From: Takakia lepidozioides
Lineage: Eukaryota; Plantae; Bryophyta
Reading direction: 5' to 3'
Length of the DNA: 64,000 nucleotides
Assembly: GCA_030704615.1 (NCBI GenBank)
Contig: CM060733.1
Location: 69,688,001 to 69,752,000 of the forward strand
Of this stretch, positions 37,056-49,146 are shown piece after piece. The position numbers and the translations under genes are program-made. Numbering within the stretch: the stretch's first letter is position 1; each line of letters starts with the position of its first letter. The notes below the pieces were generated by a model. The model was given only the letters and a program-made list of their open reading frames with translations. It was not told where the DNA came from and searched no databases.

Positions 37056-39402
37056 GTACTGTAAGTTCTCCCTGTTGGTAAGTTCTCCCTGTTGGAGAAA
37101 GGTCATCTATCCTTCGAGCCGCCATTCTTCCTCGCATGGAGGAACCCTGGAGTTGACTCCATGTACACTGACGTTATCGTGAAGGAGTCGCATCTGGAGC
37201 ATTTGCGCGACTGCCCTTGGTATGTGGACCTTCCGCCCGGCTCGCTCGACTTATCATTGAAGCTGGATGCGGAGGCCCGACGAAACCGGGCTCCGCTGCC
37301 TCCGCTGGGTCCAAAGGAGGCGAAAGTGTTTGCCAAGTCCAGGAAAGCGGCAGAGCGTGCTCAAGCAGGTATTCAGGAGAAATTGAATGAGAAGAATAAA
37401 GAACAAATGAAAAGGACACGGAAACACGGGAGTAAAGTAACCCCCAAAAAACAGAAAACCACTGGGGCACCAAAGGAGGCGCAGGAGGGGCCCCAACGGA
37501 GTGACTCCGACGACGACTTTGTGCAAGGTCTTGCGACTGCTGCTGCTGCTACCAAGTCACCGGTCGTCCGGGTTCCCAAGTCAATTCGGACTGGGACTGG
37601 CTCTGCCAGGAAGTTGGCATTTGAGGGCGAGCCTACACGGCGGTATTCGGCGGTGACGTTTCCGCAGAGGCCAAAGCTAGAATCCCCAACTATCATCCAA
37701 TGCATCAATGAGAGCTTCATTGACGCTCTGACTGCCAGGGCAAAGAAGGTGGCACACAGTAAGTCTCTGGAGGAGCTGAAGGGGAAAGCCAAGAAGAGGG
37801 CTGCTGCTACAGAGCCTAAAGACACCCCTGGTTTGGAAGCCATGATGGAATTCTTCACGGCTGTGAGCACAGATTGCAAGAGCACTCGGGGGGGGGGTTG
37901 GGGGTTTGAGGTGGACAGAGTCTGCAATATGATTCTCCTCGATATTCCAGATGGGGAGCTGCTGGAGGGCGTGGATGGTGTGCCCACCTGGAACAGGTTT
38001 ACGGAGGACTACTGGAGAACCGGGTTTGGGCTGGCGGGGATGCTCCTGGATGACGGTGGATGTATGGTGGTCCTTGCCACAAGAGGGAAGACCACAGAGA
38101 ATGTTGTGGCAAGGTGGACACCGAAAAGTGTCACCCTGGTCCTCCTCAAAAAATGGTTCTGCATCAATACGCAGGGGTTGCGAACAGAGGGTCAGAGTGT
38201 AAGTTATCAATCTATTGCATTCACTTCATATTGTGGTGTATCTAAACTAGACCTTGGAGTGGATCCCTCTTTTGTTGGATGTGCAGACATTGGTGTTTGA
38301 GGCATATTGTTTTGTGAAAGAGAGGTCTACGTTCAAACTCCGCAATGACGGTCGTCTTGTTGATGCCGTTGTGGACCTTGTTATCTACAATGTCCTCTAC
38401 AACTATGTGCCCCAATCCAGTATGCCGAAAGACACAAAGACAGGCAAACCATGGCGGTACAGCCGGACCCGGAGCCTTGCTTTCATCCAAACCCTCATGG
38501 AGACATGCTCGGATGTCCAAGGGCGGATTATTGACCTCACATGCGGCACGGGTAAGCCTTCACGTGCACATTTTGTCCCCTGGCCCGATTGCAATTGCAT
38601 GCCACATGCTACTAACCACCCGCTTTGTCCCTCAGGTGCTTCAATGTGGGCAGGGACGTTGTCCGACAGGCATGTCTTCGCCTTCGAGCCAGATACTACC
38701 CTCCTCCACACTCTGAACTTGCAGCGGCTGAACGTCTGCCGAAGAGGAAGAGGCAGGGGGAGGTACAGGGGAGGTACAAGTTGGGATTGAGGCCGAGGAG
38801 CCCCCGATTTACAAGTGAGTGTTCGCATTGTAAGTTGCCTCCTGATTTTGTGAGGCACCTCCCTTCGCTCTCTTATTTCATTGAAAGACCCTATTTGGCT
38901 TCTGCTGGTATTGACATTCTTAAAGTGGATTTGTTCTTACTGCAGGATGCCAAGTATTGCAGGAGGGATGTCTACACCGATGTTCATGGGCAAGAGGAAC
39001 GTGCCTTTTTTTGCCAAGGGGGATTTCATGTCGAGTCCAGAAAGGGACTACACCCTTCCTACTTATGTTGCCCGGCTTGCTTCGGTGTCCATTAGGAGGT
39101 CTTCCGAACCTCGTGTACAACAGATTTTAGACGAGGCAAGCCTCAAGAAAATGAAGATGAGGGAGGAGGCAGCAACTATTAGAGCCCGTCAGGCTCGTAG
39201 ATTTGTCTTGGATTCTGCTGAGGAAAATGGGGGAGAAGAGGCAGAAGATTCCCAGGAGGTGAGGTGGACAGACCCCCAAGGAGAGGACGGAATTTTTGAG
39301 AGGCATAGTGGAACTGATGCATCACAGAGCTCGAAGGATGGGGGGGATGAGGGGGATGAGGAGGAAGGTGGGGCAAGTTCCTCGGAGGGTGTAAGAGAGT
39401 AG
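37056..39402 (+). pseudogene. Intron-containing beta-class (N4C/N6A) DNA methyltransferase-like gene, 5' exons missing
   Basis: Motif IV-like NMILLDIPDG is followed by LLDDGGCMVV and, after removing GT-AG introns 38199-38286 and 38552-38635 (both frame-preserving), motif I-like IIDLTCGTGASMWAG..RHVFAFEPD. A probable frameshift lies near 38720. Confidence 0.7.
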
Positions 39403-40759
39403 TGCCCATTCCGGCTATGACAATTAGGACACACTTGTATAGATGTGGCTTGCCACAAAATTTGCAATAAAATGTTGCATTTCATTGCTATGACGAGTCC
39501 ACTGGTGCCACATTCCAACTTCACATGACCCTATTTCCATGCCTCCTAACCCTATTTCTGTGGACACACCATGGTCTGCTCATGTTTTTTTTTTTTTCCG
39601 CTCATGCTCATGCTGCTCATGAAATAGCAGCCCCCAGCCAATGTAAGAAAAGCCGCCTCGTGTAGACTACTCTACACCAAGCTCACACCTTCTGTGGTCA
39701 ACGGTCGTTGACTGAGAAGGTGTCAAACAGTGTACAAGGCTTATCTCACACTAGTGTGAGAATGAGCCACATAGTGTAAGTTAATCCACACATTGGGGAT
39801 CAACTATATGATGTGGCATACTGACTAGACATGGTGTGATAAATGTTACTGGGCTTATCTTACACTGCTGTGGATTATGCCACATTCGTAGGACACGTCG
39901 ATTAAGGGACTCAGGTCAACTGTATGACTATGCTTATTGACCAAGGCTTCTTACACCAGTGTAGAGTAAGTCACACTCTTAGGACACGTACATGAGTGAG
40001 AATGACAGGTGGCAAGTATTGTGGATGATTTAGTTGGATGAATGTAGTTTAATGCTATCATTCATATCTGGGAAACAACTAGCATGTAGCCCAGTGGTAA
40101 TGGGCACATACCACATTGGAAGTGGTTGTGGGTTCAAACCACCGTCTGGTGTGTCATGAAAGTGTCCACCTTCCTGCTGGAAGGCAGTAGCCCTTGGGGG
40201 TCCAGTGACACCATAAGTTACGCTCCCTTCGGGAGGCGTCATACTTTACTTTCATATCTGGGATGAGTTCACTTGCAAGGGACTTAGGCTTTTTCGAGAG
40301 AAGAACGTTATCAATCTGCAGCAAACACCTAGTGATGTCGAACGTCTCTCATTTTGTAAGTAGTTAGTTGTAGTCAACTGACAGTGAAACTCACTTAAAA
40401 TGAATGAATGAAATTAAAATGGATGGATGGATGTCCTTTGAGAGAAATCCAAGAACTTCAATAAATCTACTCATGAATGGATGGATGGAAAACAAACATT
40501 CATCCATATATCCATTCATCCATCCAGTCATGAGTAGAGGGGACTTAGCGTTTTTTTTGTCTCCCCTACCATCTATTTGTTTTCTTTGTGTCGAGTTTGA
40601 TCGTGAGAGACGACAAACAGAACAGAGCTGTGTTTGTTTTCTTTTAGTGTCGAGTCTGATCATGAGAGACGTCGAACAGGGCGGAGCTATGTTTGCTTTG
40701 TTTTAGTGTCGAGTCTGATCATGAGAGACGACGAGCGGAGTTGGTGGGATAGGGGGCAG

Positions 40760-40845
40760 ACATGGACCCAAACCCTAGATTCGGGGCATGAAGATTTGGT
40801 GCACGATGTGGCCATCGACTACTATGGGAAGCGGCTGGCCACCTT
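40760..40845 (+). pseudogene. Sec13/Seh1-like WD40 N-terminal fragment fused to a PDF-exon piece
   Basis: DSGHEDLVHDVAIDYYGKRLAT is joined to DNRNRK plus an intron that duplicates 41281-41470. Confidence 0.75.
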
Positions 40846-41249
40846 CACGATGGACAACCGCAATCGCAAGGTATGGTTTTTTTCTCAATGTACGATGTGA
40901 AGAAGTTTGTCCATCCTGCAAATGTGGGCTCTTGGCTCCTGTTAGTACCATGCTTTGGTATTCTTCCTGACGTTTACAAGGTTCTTGGAAGAGTCAACTT
41001 GGTCTTAGCAGGTCGTGCTTCAATTTCTGCCCACTCAGCTGCACCGTGGTGGTTCTCACAGACCAATCTGACATTACCTGACTACAGACACAAGCAGCAC
41101 ACACAAGAGGTTCTCTTAGATTCATGGTCAGTCAAATCCTCCATGGGTCATGACACAAGGTTGAGGACAATGTGGTGAGGGCACCTTCTTCTTCGACCTA
41201 TTTCAGCCTGTTTTGCCCTCCCATCAGACTCGGTTGTGAATTTGCAGCA

Positions 41250-43350
41250 CGGAGCAGATTGGCATGAGTTTTTAAAAGATCCTTCACGATGGTGGGACAA
41301 CTGCAATCGCAAGGTGTGGCTTTTTCTTAATGTACGATGTGAAGAAGTTTGTCCATCCTGCAAATGTGGGCTCTTGGCTCCTGTTAGTACCATGATTTGG
41401 TATTCTTCCTGATGTTTACAAGGTTCTTGGGAGAGTTAGCTTGGTCTTAGCAGGCCGTGTTTCAATCTCTGTAATCTAGTAGGCATTCACCTTTTCGTCT
41501 CCATTAAGCAGATGCAATTCAGAATTGGAATTATTGAAGTAGGGTTGGTGTGTTTGCTGGAAGAACTTCACGCTGTCAGTGTCAGCTGCTAGCAGCAAGG
41601 CTGAGGATGTATTCATGATTTGTACACAGGCAGGGATAGCTGAAGGACCAGGGATAGAGGTCCAGATTCATCCAAGAGGGCCGGATTTCAAACACAAGAT
41701 TACCTCTGATTCCCTGTGGATCAATAGCTACAAGAAAATCTGCGTGGGTAGATGGTCGACTGGAAACAACAGCGGCAACAACACAATTGATAGAACCAAG
41801 CACCGGTAACGAAGGCACCTTCTTCAATACATTTCAGCCTGTTTTCCCTGTTATTAGAGTTGTCCCTCATTTTTCATGTTGAATTCTGCAAGTAATCTCT
41901 TGGTGGATCTATGGTACCGGTGGTTTTGAAGTGATTTTGACATGTTACTGCCTATGTGGCAACAGGAAAGTATTGAAAATAGATAACAAAAACGAGGAGA
42001 AGCTCTGGAATGAAGGAGCAGGGATAGAGTGTGGGTCGAGATTCATCCAAGCGGGCCGGATTTCAAGCTCCAGATTACCTATGATTCCGTGTGGAAGGAT
42101 AGTTACAAGAAACCTGCATGGGTTGATGGTCAACTGGAAGCCGCGGCAGCAGCGGCACAAATGATAAAATCAGGCACCTCAACCATGACCACAGCTTCTG
42201 GAAGAGGATCAAAAGAGGGAGTCCACAATGCCTGTTCTGGCACTTCTAGGCATGTCAAGATGTTTTGTGAGGCAGGCAGACTGAAAGAGGCTCTATAGAC
42301 TTTAAACCAAGGAGGAATTTCAGCAAATTTAGATAAGTATGTCTGTTTCTTGCTTAAGTGCATCAAGATGAAAGGTCTAGAAGATGGAAAGCAGGTGCAC
42401 ACTCACATTATGATAACAAAGTGGACTCACGCCAACTGTTTTTCTCCTCAACACCCTTGTCAACATGTATGTTAAGTGCGGGAGCATCATGAATGCTCAC
42501 CAAGTTTTCAACAAAATGCCTCAATGATCTTTGATCTCGTGGAATATAACGTTGGAAGGATTTACCACGCATGGGTGTTTGTGTTTGCAAAAGCGTGTGC
42601 AAGCCTGGGACTTCTGGAAAATGGGAATGAGGTCCATGGTGACATCGTCAAAGCTGGAATTGTACCAGATGTCATTCTGAACACTGTCGTGGTGGACATG
42701 TATGCCAAATGTGGGTGCATTAAGGATGCGAAGGGAGTTCTCAACACTATGGTTGAACGAGATGTGGTGTCATGGGACGCAATGCTTGCAAGTATGCACA
42801 GCAGGAACATGGTATGGAGGCTTTGGAGACCTATGATCAAATGATGGGGAAAGGGGCCACCTTCTTCAATAGCACAACGGCTACAAGTGGGTAGACAGTC
42901 AACTGGAAATAGCACATTGATAGAACAAGGCACTGCTAATGAAGGTACCTTCCTCTTTCAAACACAAGAGTAGTTCTGATTCCCCATGGATCAATAGCTA
43001 CAAGAAATCTGCTTGGGTAGCTGGTCAACTGGAAATTCAGCAGATTCAGATACGTATGTCTGTCTCTTGCTTAAGTGCATCAAGATGAAAGGTCTGGAAG
43101 CTGGAATCAGGTGCACACTCACTTTATCCAAAGTGGATTCATGCCAAGTGTTTTTCTACTCAACACCCTTGTCCACATGTATGTTAAGTACGGGAGCATC
43201 ATGGATGCTCGCCAAGTTTTATACATAATGCCTCAGCGATCTTTGATCACGTGGAATATAATGTTGCAGGATTTACCAATCATGGGTGTGGTAGGAATGC
43301 TTTGGAGACCTATGAGCAAATGTTGCGCGAAGGGGTGAAGCCCAACCATA
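41250..43350 (+). pseudogene. Mosaic PDF-motif (OSB-like) plus PLS-PPR pseudogene fragments
   Basis: WHEFLKDPSRWWDNCNRK|intron, PRGPDFKHKITSDSLW and KKPAWVDGQL are followed by FCEAGRLKEAL, GKQVHTHI and VDMYAKCG..RDVVSW. Confidence 0.85.
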
Positions 43351-43709
43351 TCAGTTAGGGCATATAAAACCGCGGAATATTCTATACATGCCAGTATACG
43401 GCGTCCTTTTCCTGTGGGATACTGGATTTTTCATTGCACGGTGGGTTTTTTCCATGAGCAGATTTACGAAACCATGAGCCACCTTGTTACTCACGACATA
43501 TCTTTGCCGTATTACAGGATCTGGAAATTCCAAAATAGTCAATGTCAAATTAAAAAAAAAAAAAAAAAAAAATTTATTAATATGTCGCATTTCCAAATTT
43601 GGAGAAGTCCGCTCATCGTGTCTTAGACTTCGGCTCACGGCTCATGCGGCTCATGGCTCATGGCTCATGGTTTCTGGCTCATAAAATAGTAAACCTCAGG
43701 ATGACGGTT

Positions 43710-43940
43710 CTGTTTGGTATACGAACAGAGGTATAGTCTAAGATTTAGGGTTCACACATGTTGATACCTCAACAGAGGTATATATAGTCAAAGGGACAAG
43801 CTCCTGTTTGAGATACTAATAGAGGTATAGTTTGAGATTAGGGTTCGTATATGTTGATACCTCGACAGGGGTATACTCAAAGGGACAAGCTCATGTTTGG
43901 TATATTAACAGAGGTATAGTTTGAGATTAGGGTTCATATA
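43710..43940. repeat. ~90-bp tandem repeat, about 2.5 copies
   Basis: Recurring TGTTTG..AGAGGTATAGT..GATTAGGGTTC..TGTTGATACCTC..CAAAGGGACAAGCTC. Confidence 0.85.
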
Positions 43941-44299
43941 CATGATTTGCAGCAAATGCGCAATCCACAACTGTTTCCACCCTTTATGGCGTGGAAGGGG
44001 CTATTCCAACACCTTGAGGGGCCGCCCATGGATGATTACCATGAGTTTAGGCCAACTTCTTCAAAAACCTTGGCCACCTTGGCCTCCCACTGATCCCCAC
44101 TATATGGCTCTCCCCACTCCTCATATTGTTGCTTGAAAGATCCAATGACTCTCTCTAAACACGCATCTCATCCCACATCTGTCATGAGTGTTTGCACCCC
44201 ATGATCCTATGCTCGCCCCCACTCACTGCCTCAACCGTCTCGGTTGGCAAAGAGGATGCAATATCCAATGAGAGTAGTGCAGAAGTAGCCACCAATGCT

Positions 44300-45945
44300 T
44301 GCAATCTCCGTTGCTCAGCCATGCACAAGCCAATGACCCATGTTAAGTAATTTAGATCCATTGCTTAATGCAACACCTGTCAGCGTGATGCCTCTGACGG
44401 AGATGAGACAGCTGTAGTGCCCGTGGCAAATCCCACTGCCCGCTCTCGCTCATCCGCATTGGGCTCCATTAATTGTTAGAGTGCACTGTCCCAAATCAAC
44501 CCTCGACCATTGTCTCGAAAAACATGCGATTAGGGAAAGCTCAAGAGTGTAGGCAAGGCCGCACGTGGCTGTCCCACTTGATTGACCACTGCCAAAGGTG
44601 GACAGTCATCATGTCGCACCCTCTGTGTTTGCCTCCCTTGGTCCAAAATGCCCTCAACCATAAGATTGGGTGACCGTCAAATGGAATTATAGGCTCTCTT
44701 GAGCAACTCAGGTGGTGCAAGATTGGTCCACCACAACCTAGGCCTAGGTGCCCGTGACCCCACTGCAGCTGCATCCAATAATACAACTGGTCCAATCCAT
44801 GATCGTATTTGATGCGCACTGGCCATAACCCTGGTCCGAGAGTCCCCCATGAGAGGAACATTCTCCACAATGTAAGCTGGGGGTTACACTTGTCTCATTT
44901 GCAAGTCACGCAACACTCGCAAAATCTTTTTGAATAGATGTGACCTTGCATCATGCAAACCATTACCATGACCTGCGGGAGAGTGTCCTTAGCAAGGCCA
45001 TCCAGCTATCACCAAGTCAATGGCACCATGCAAGTCCAAATCATCCGTCCCCAGCAACGTGATGTCTGCTTGGCAAGTCCTTTTGGTACCCTTGAATTGC
45101 TGAGAGAGTCAACAACTCATGATACTGGTGTGTGAGCAAGGCAATGTGGCGCATGGAATTAATACGCCAAGCTATCTCATCCTTCTCCACATACAAGTAC
45201 TTTTATATTTTAATCCGTGCCAGCAACACTCCTGCAAGCCCAGTGCTCAAGCCTCCAAACATATCTAGTAAACAAATCCCTGAGTCAGGTGGTTGCCAGG
45301 TAATAGATATTATGTCCACAGGAGCTAACTGAGGTGGTCCAAGTGATGTCACTGAACTCCCCTCGTCCACCGATGGAAAGGCCTCTTGCCGTGCTTGTTG
45401 CATACACTAGCCTGCCACTCGATGCAAATTCCCAACTGCACTCCACAGTGGGATATGAACAGACACATGAGGAAGCAACTCAGCCTTGTATGCCAATTGT
45501 CTCTCCTCATCAGGTGGTGGACTATCCTCTCCATGGCTATTGCCCTCCAAGAGCTCACCACCCCAAACCACCCCACTTGAGAATGCAGCCAATGTGGGTC
45601 TCATGTTCCTATGATCCACGGCTACATTCCCAATAAACTGCACCGGAAGCAAGGTACGCCGGCCATCCCCTGATTGCCATCCCGGCCTATAAGACCTCGT
45701 CTCCTCCCAGAAGTCCAGAGTGAATCCCATAGGGTACAACACAGCCCCACCAACAAGCACATCGTATGACATTGCGTCAGTAACAATGGCTTTTGCTCTC
45801 ATGACTGAGCCATCCATAGGATGATCAGACTGCAGTCGAATGAAGAGCTCATGGCGTGTGATCCCTTGTGCCTTCTCTGAACCACCCAAAGATGTTTAAA
45901 TCTGGAAAGGACAAGGCTCCAAATCTGCCTCTCTAAGGCCATGCA
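44300..45945 (-). pseudogene. Retrotransposon pol fragment: aspartic-protease C-terminal half followed in frame by a DNMT3-like C5-cytosine methyltransferase
   Basis: Hand translation gives protease-like TSLGGSEKAQG..SYDVLVGGAVL, then MTase motif I LLDMFGG, II YLYVEKD, IV IDLVIAGWPC*GHS, VI YIVENV, VIII LDAAAVGSRAPRPRLWWTNL, IX ERERAVGFATGTT and X SR*QVLH*AMD. Confidence 0.88.
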
Positions 45946-46354
45946 GTTTCCGCCAGCATGGAACATCCCCAAAAGCCGCACGCCCTTCCTACATCATTGG
46001 AGGTGCTGCCAGTGGGCCTACGAGGATTGCATCGGGTGTACGTACATACCAGAGAGGATTCCATCGCAAACAGTGTATGGGGACATTCTCATAAGCTACA
46101 AGGATGAGTCCTATGGACACATAGTCTCCACAGCAAAGATCTCGATTTACGATGGTGCATATATCGGAGGACATGACACCATTGTCCACTACAACAAAGG
46201 CAAACGGGCTGCATCCATTGTCTTCACCTACCGACACCCTGTCAGTCATGAACTTGTTGAGAGGCCAATCAAGGTTCCAGCTTCTTGGTGAGAACAGTGC
46301 AACACGGGAGCAAATTCCCAACTTACCGGAGCATGGATTGCATGCATACTTTTG

Positions 46355-47312
46355 ACCGTATCGTGCATGCTAGCTAAGCCTGCAACCTCTCTTTGTATAA
46401 ACCCAAATTAGATGCTTCGATGCATGAGAGTTAGTCCTCACAAAACACTTTAGCTAACCATCATAACACCACCTCTATGTTAGTGGATACATTCTACTTC
46501 ACACCAGCTGATTCTCGTGCTCACTTCAAAATGATAATAATCTCTGTGCTTTCCTTCAAGAAGAAACGTAAGCTAGTACCAAAAATCTGAGAGAGATGAC
46601 TATACGCAACCACTCGTCTTATACCTGGCCTGATCATAAACTTGGTCTTATCTATGTCGCCACTCCACGTGATCATTTAATAACTAGACCCCAAAACTTA
46701 ATCAGCTGCAACCTTAGGCTTGAAGACTTAATGGCCACCGGGTATTATTCCCCTCTGTGCCACAGGCTTGATTGTTGCTAAATACATCTTAAGGAGACGT
46801 GTACCTCCTTCTATCCGCCCTTTATCTTAGTGCCACCTAGCTAATATTATCGTGGCCACTCTACTCACTAAATCACCGCTGATGTATTTAACAACAATTA
46901 GGCCTGTGGCACAGAGGGGAATAATACCCAGTGGCCATTAAGTCTTCAAGCCTAAGGTTGCAGCTGATTAAGTTTTGGGGTCTAGTTATTAAATGATCAC
47001 GTGGAGTGGCGACGTAGATAAGACCAAGTCTATGATCAGGCCAGGTATAAGACGAGTGGTTGCGTATAGTCATCTCTCTCAGATTTTTGGTACTAGCTTA
47101 CGTTTCTTGAAGTAAAGCACGGAGATTATTATCATTATGAAGTGAGCACAAGAATTAGCTTGGTGTGAAGTAGAATATATCCACTAACATAGAGGTGGTG
47201 TTATGATGGTTAGCTAAAGTGTTTTGTGAGGACTAACTCTCATGTATCGAAGCATCTAATTTGGGTTTATACAAAGAGAGGCTGTAGGCTTGGCTAGCAT
47301 GCACGATACGGT
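46355..47312. repeat. Long inverted repeat (arms 46355-46788 and 46881-47312, 92-bp spacer) built from LTR sequence
   Basis: The arms are near-perfect reverse complements. Mirror ORFs at 46596-46781(+) and 46888-47073(-) translate almost identically. Confidence 0.95.
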
Positions 47313-47676
47313 TGTGTACTAAGAATAATGAGCTGATACCAGTATGTAGTAGGGTAGTTTTTCCATGCACTTCTCTACAAAGCCTAGACAGAGCAAGGAT
47401 GAACACTAGAGGGTCGGAAGTAAGCATCACGACAGGCCTCCGTGCGACCGGTGAATGGTGCAAACACAGATATGAAAGTGAATGAAGTGACAAGCTCAAA
47501 GGCATTTGGTCACCCTCCAGGGATGATAATAAAAGAAGACAAACAATGTGTCTAGACAAATCTCAATGACGAATCTTCATTTGTACCAGGTTTTCTCTTC
47601 CGCTGCAGCCTGGGATAAATGGTGTACTGACTGGATGGATTGTCATGGGTTGTAGGCCCCTTCGTTTTTACTTACA
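46881..47676 (+). repeat. Partial LTR ending TTTTTACTTACA, related to the element 2 LTR
   Basis: Shares the GGGG(G/A)ATAATACCC(A/G)G internal motif and the U5 end with 3342-4943. Confidence 0.7.
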
Positions 47677-49146
47677 GGTGATGCGGATTTTCCCAGAGTG
47701 CTCTCCCGCCTTCCACTGCTGGATTTCAAAACAACACAATCCTCACTGGTAGTCGGCACCGACTTGTTGAAATTTAAGTGAATTCCGAGGTCAGGTCTGC
47801 CTGCTAGCGATTCAAATTCAAGACACGTCGGGATAGTCGTTGGCGACTATTACAGTCAATGTGGAAATCGGCTGACCAATCGTCCTGTGTTCGCTACGGA
47901 TGTTGATTTTTTGAACTTGTTTTCCGAAAATTTGCTTTGAAACGGGTAAGTCGGCAGTGACTATTGGTTATAACGGCAACCTTTGTCGAAAAATGCGCTA
48001 TAGTCGCTGCCGACTTCCTTATGTACGCACAAACAGTCCCAAACACATTCTTTTGAGCCTTTATTCTGCTGGTAGTCGGCACTGACCTTCAGTTTCCCAG
48101 AAATGTGCACCCTCGAGACGGAATAATCGTCGATATGCGTTGGGGCCTTTCATGTATTTCCCCCATTGTGAGGGTGTAGTCAGCGCCGACTAAGATAATT
48201 CGCATATCTCATGTAGGATTGCGAGGCATAAAGGCGCTCAAACAAGTGGAAGTTGGCCCCGACCTTACTGAATTCTTCAAATTTGATGGTATCCAGAGAA
48301 ATCAACACTCTGATCACCTTAAATGCCGTAGGACTGTATGTTTGGCGCCGACCAATGCTTCCGACAGGCATTTGCAGAGTTGGAGGTTATGGCGTGATCA
48401 TTCACATCCAACACGCGCTATCTGAAGCATATTTGTGGCTCCTTCCCAAACTTCAATGAGCCTGCAAAGGAAACCAGTCGCTAATATTGTGATCGACTGA
48501 ATGTGCGCAATACGCCTATCATATGGATGAATGTGGTAAGGACGAGTTGTTGTGGCCAGGATGGATGACGTTCACCAAACCCTAACCTCGATTCGACCTA
48601 GAAGTGCGGGACGGATATTGAAATATGAAAGTGCCACAAATGACACTCGATAAACCCTACCGTTCATTCATCCTCCATTTTTCATCCTTATCTGTAGTTG
48701 CGTAATCTAGTCCTGGCCACATGGCTTAAACACCCTAGACCAGTTGCAGGCGGGCACGTGGCGACGACGGAAGTTGCGTAATCTAGTAGCCATCCGTTAT
48801 TGCACATGTAGGTATGGATGATGTTCATCAAGCAGCATTCCACGTACATGTCTCATCCAAATCAAAGTACGATGGATGTTGTGATTCCATGGATGAGGGA
48901 TTGTATTTTCATCCGTTCATGCAATTTCAAATTTTGCGCGGACCACGTGGTACATAGTCCGGGTACGTCGTGTAGCCGGATGCGTGGCGTCGCCGCACTT
49001 ACGACATTTCGTAGGCATACGTTACGGCCCGTGTAGGTTGGCTTCTCATCCCTTTCCGGGTTCTGCAGTGTATCCAGTGATCCGGATTCTCCTCTGCAGT
49101 GCCTGACTCTTGAGCTTCTATTTTCGAGCAGGGGAACGTCGTCTTC

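Noticed and set aside
43740-43935. Interstitial telomere (TTTAGGG/TTAGGG)
   Set aside because: Only single motifs occur, embedded in a 90-bp repeat unit.
46355-47312. DIRS-type inverted terminal repeats or a MITE
   Set aside because: There is no tyrosine recombinase, no evident TSD, and one arm continues into an ordinary LTR end.
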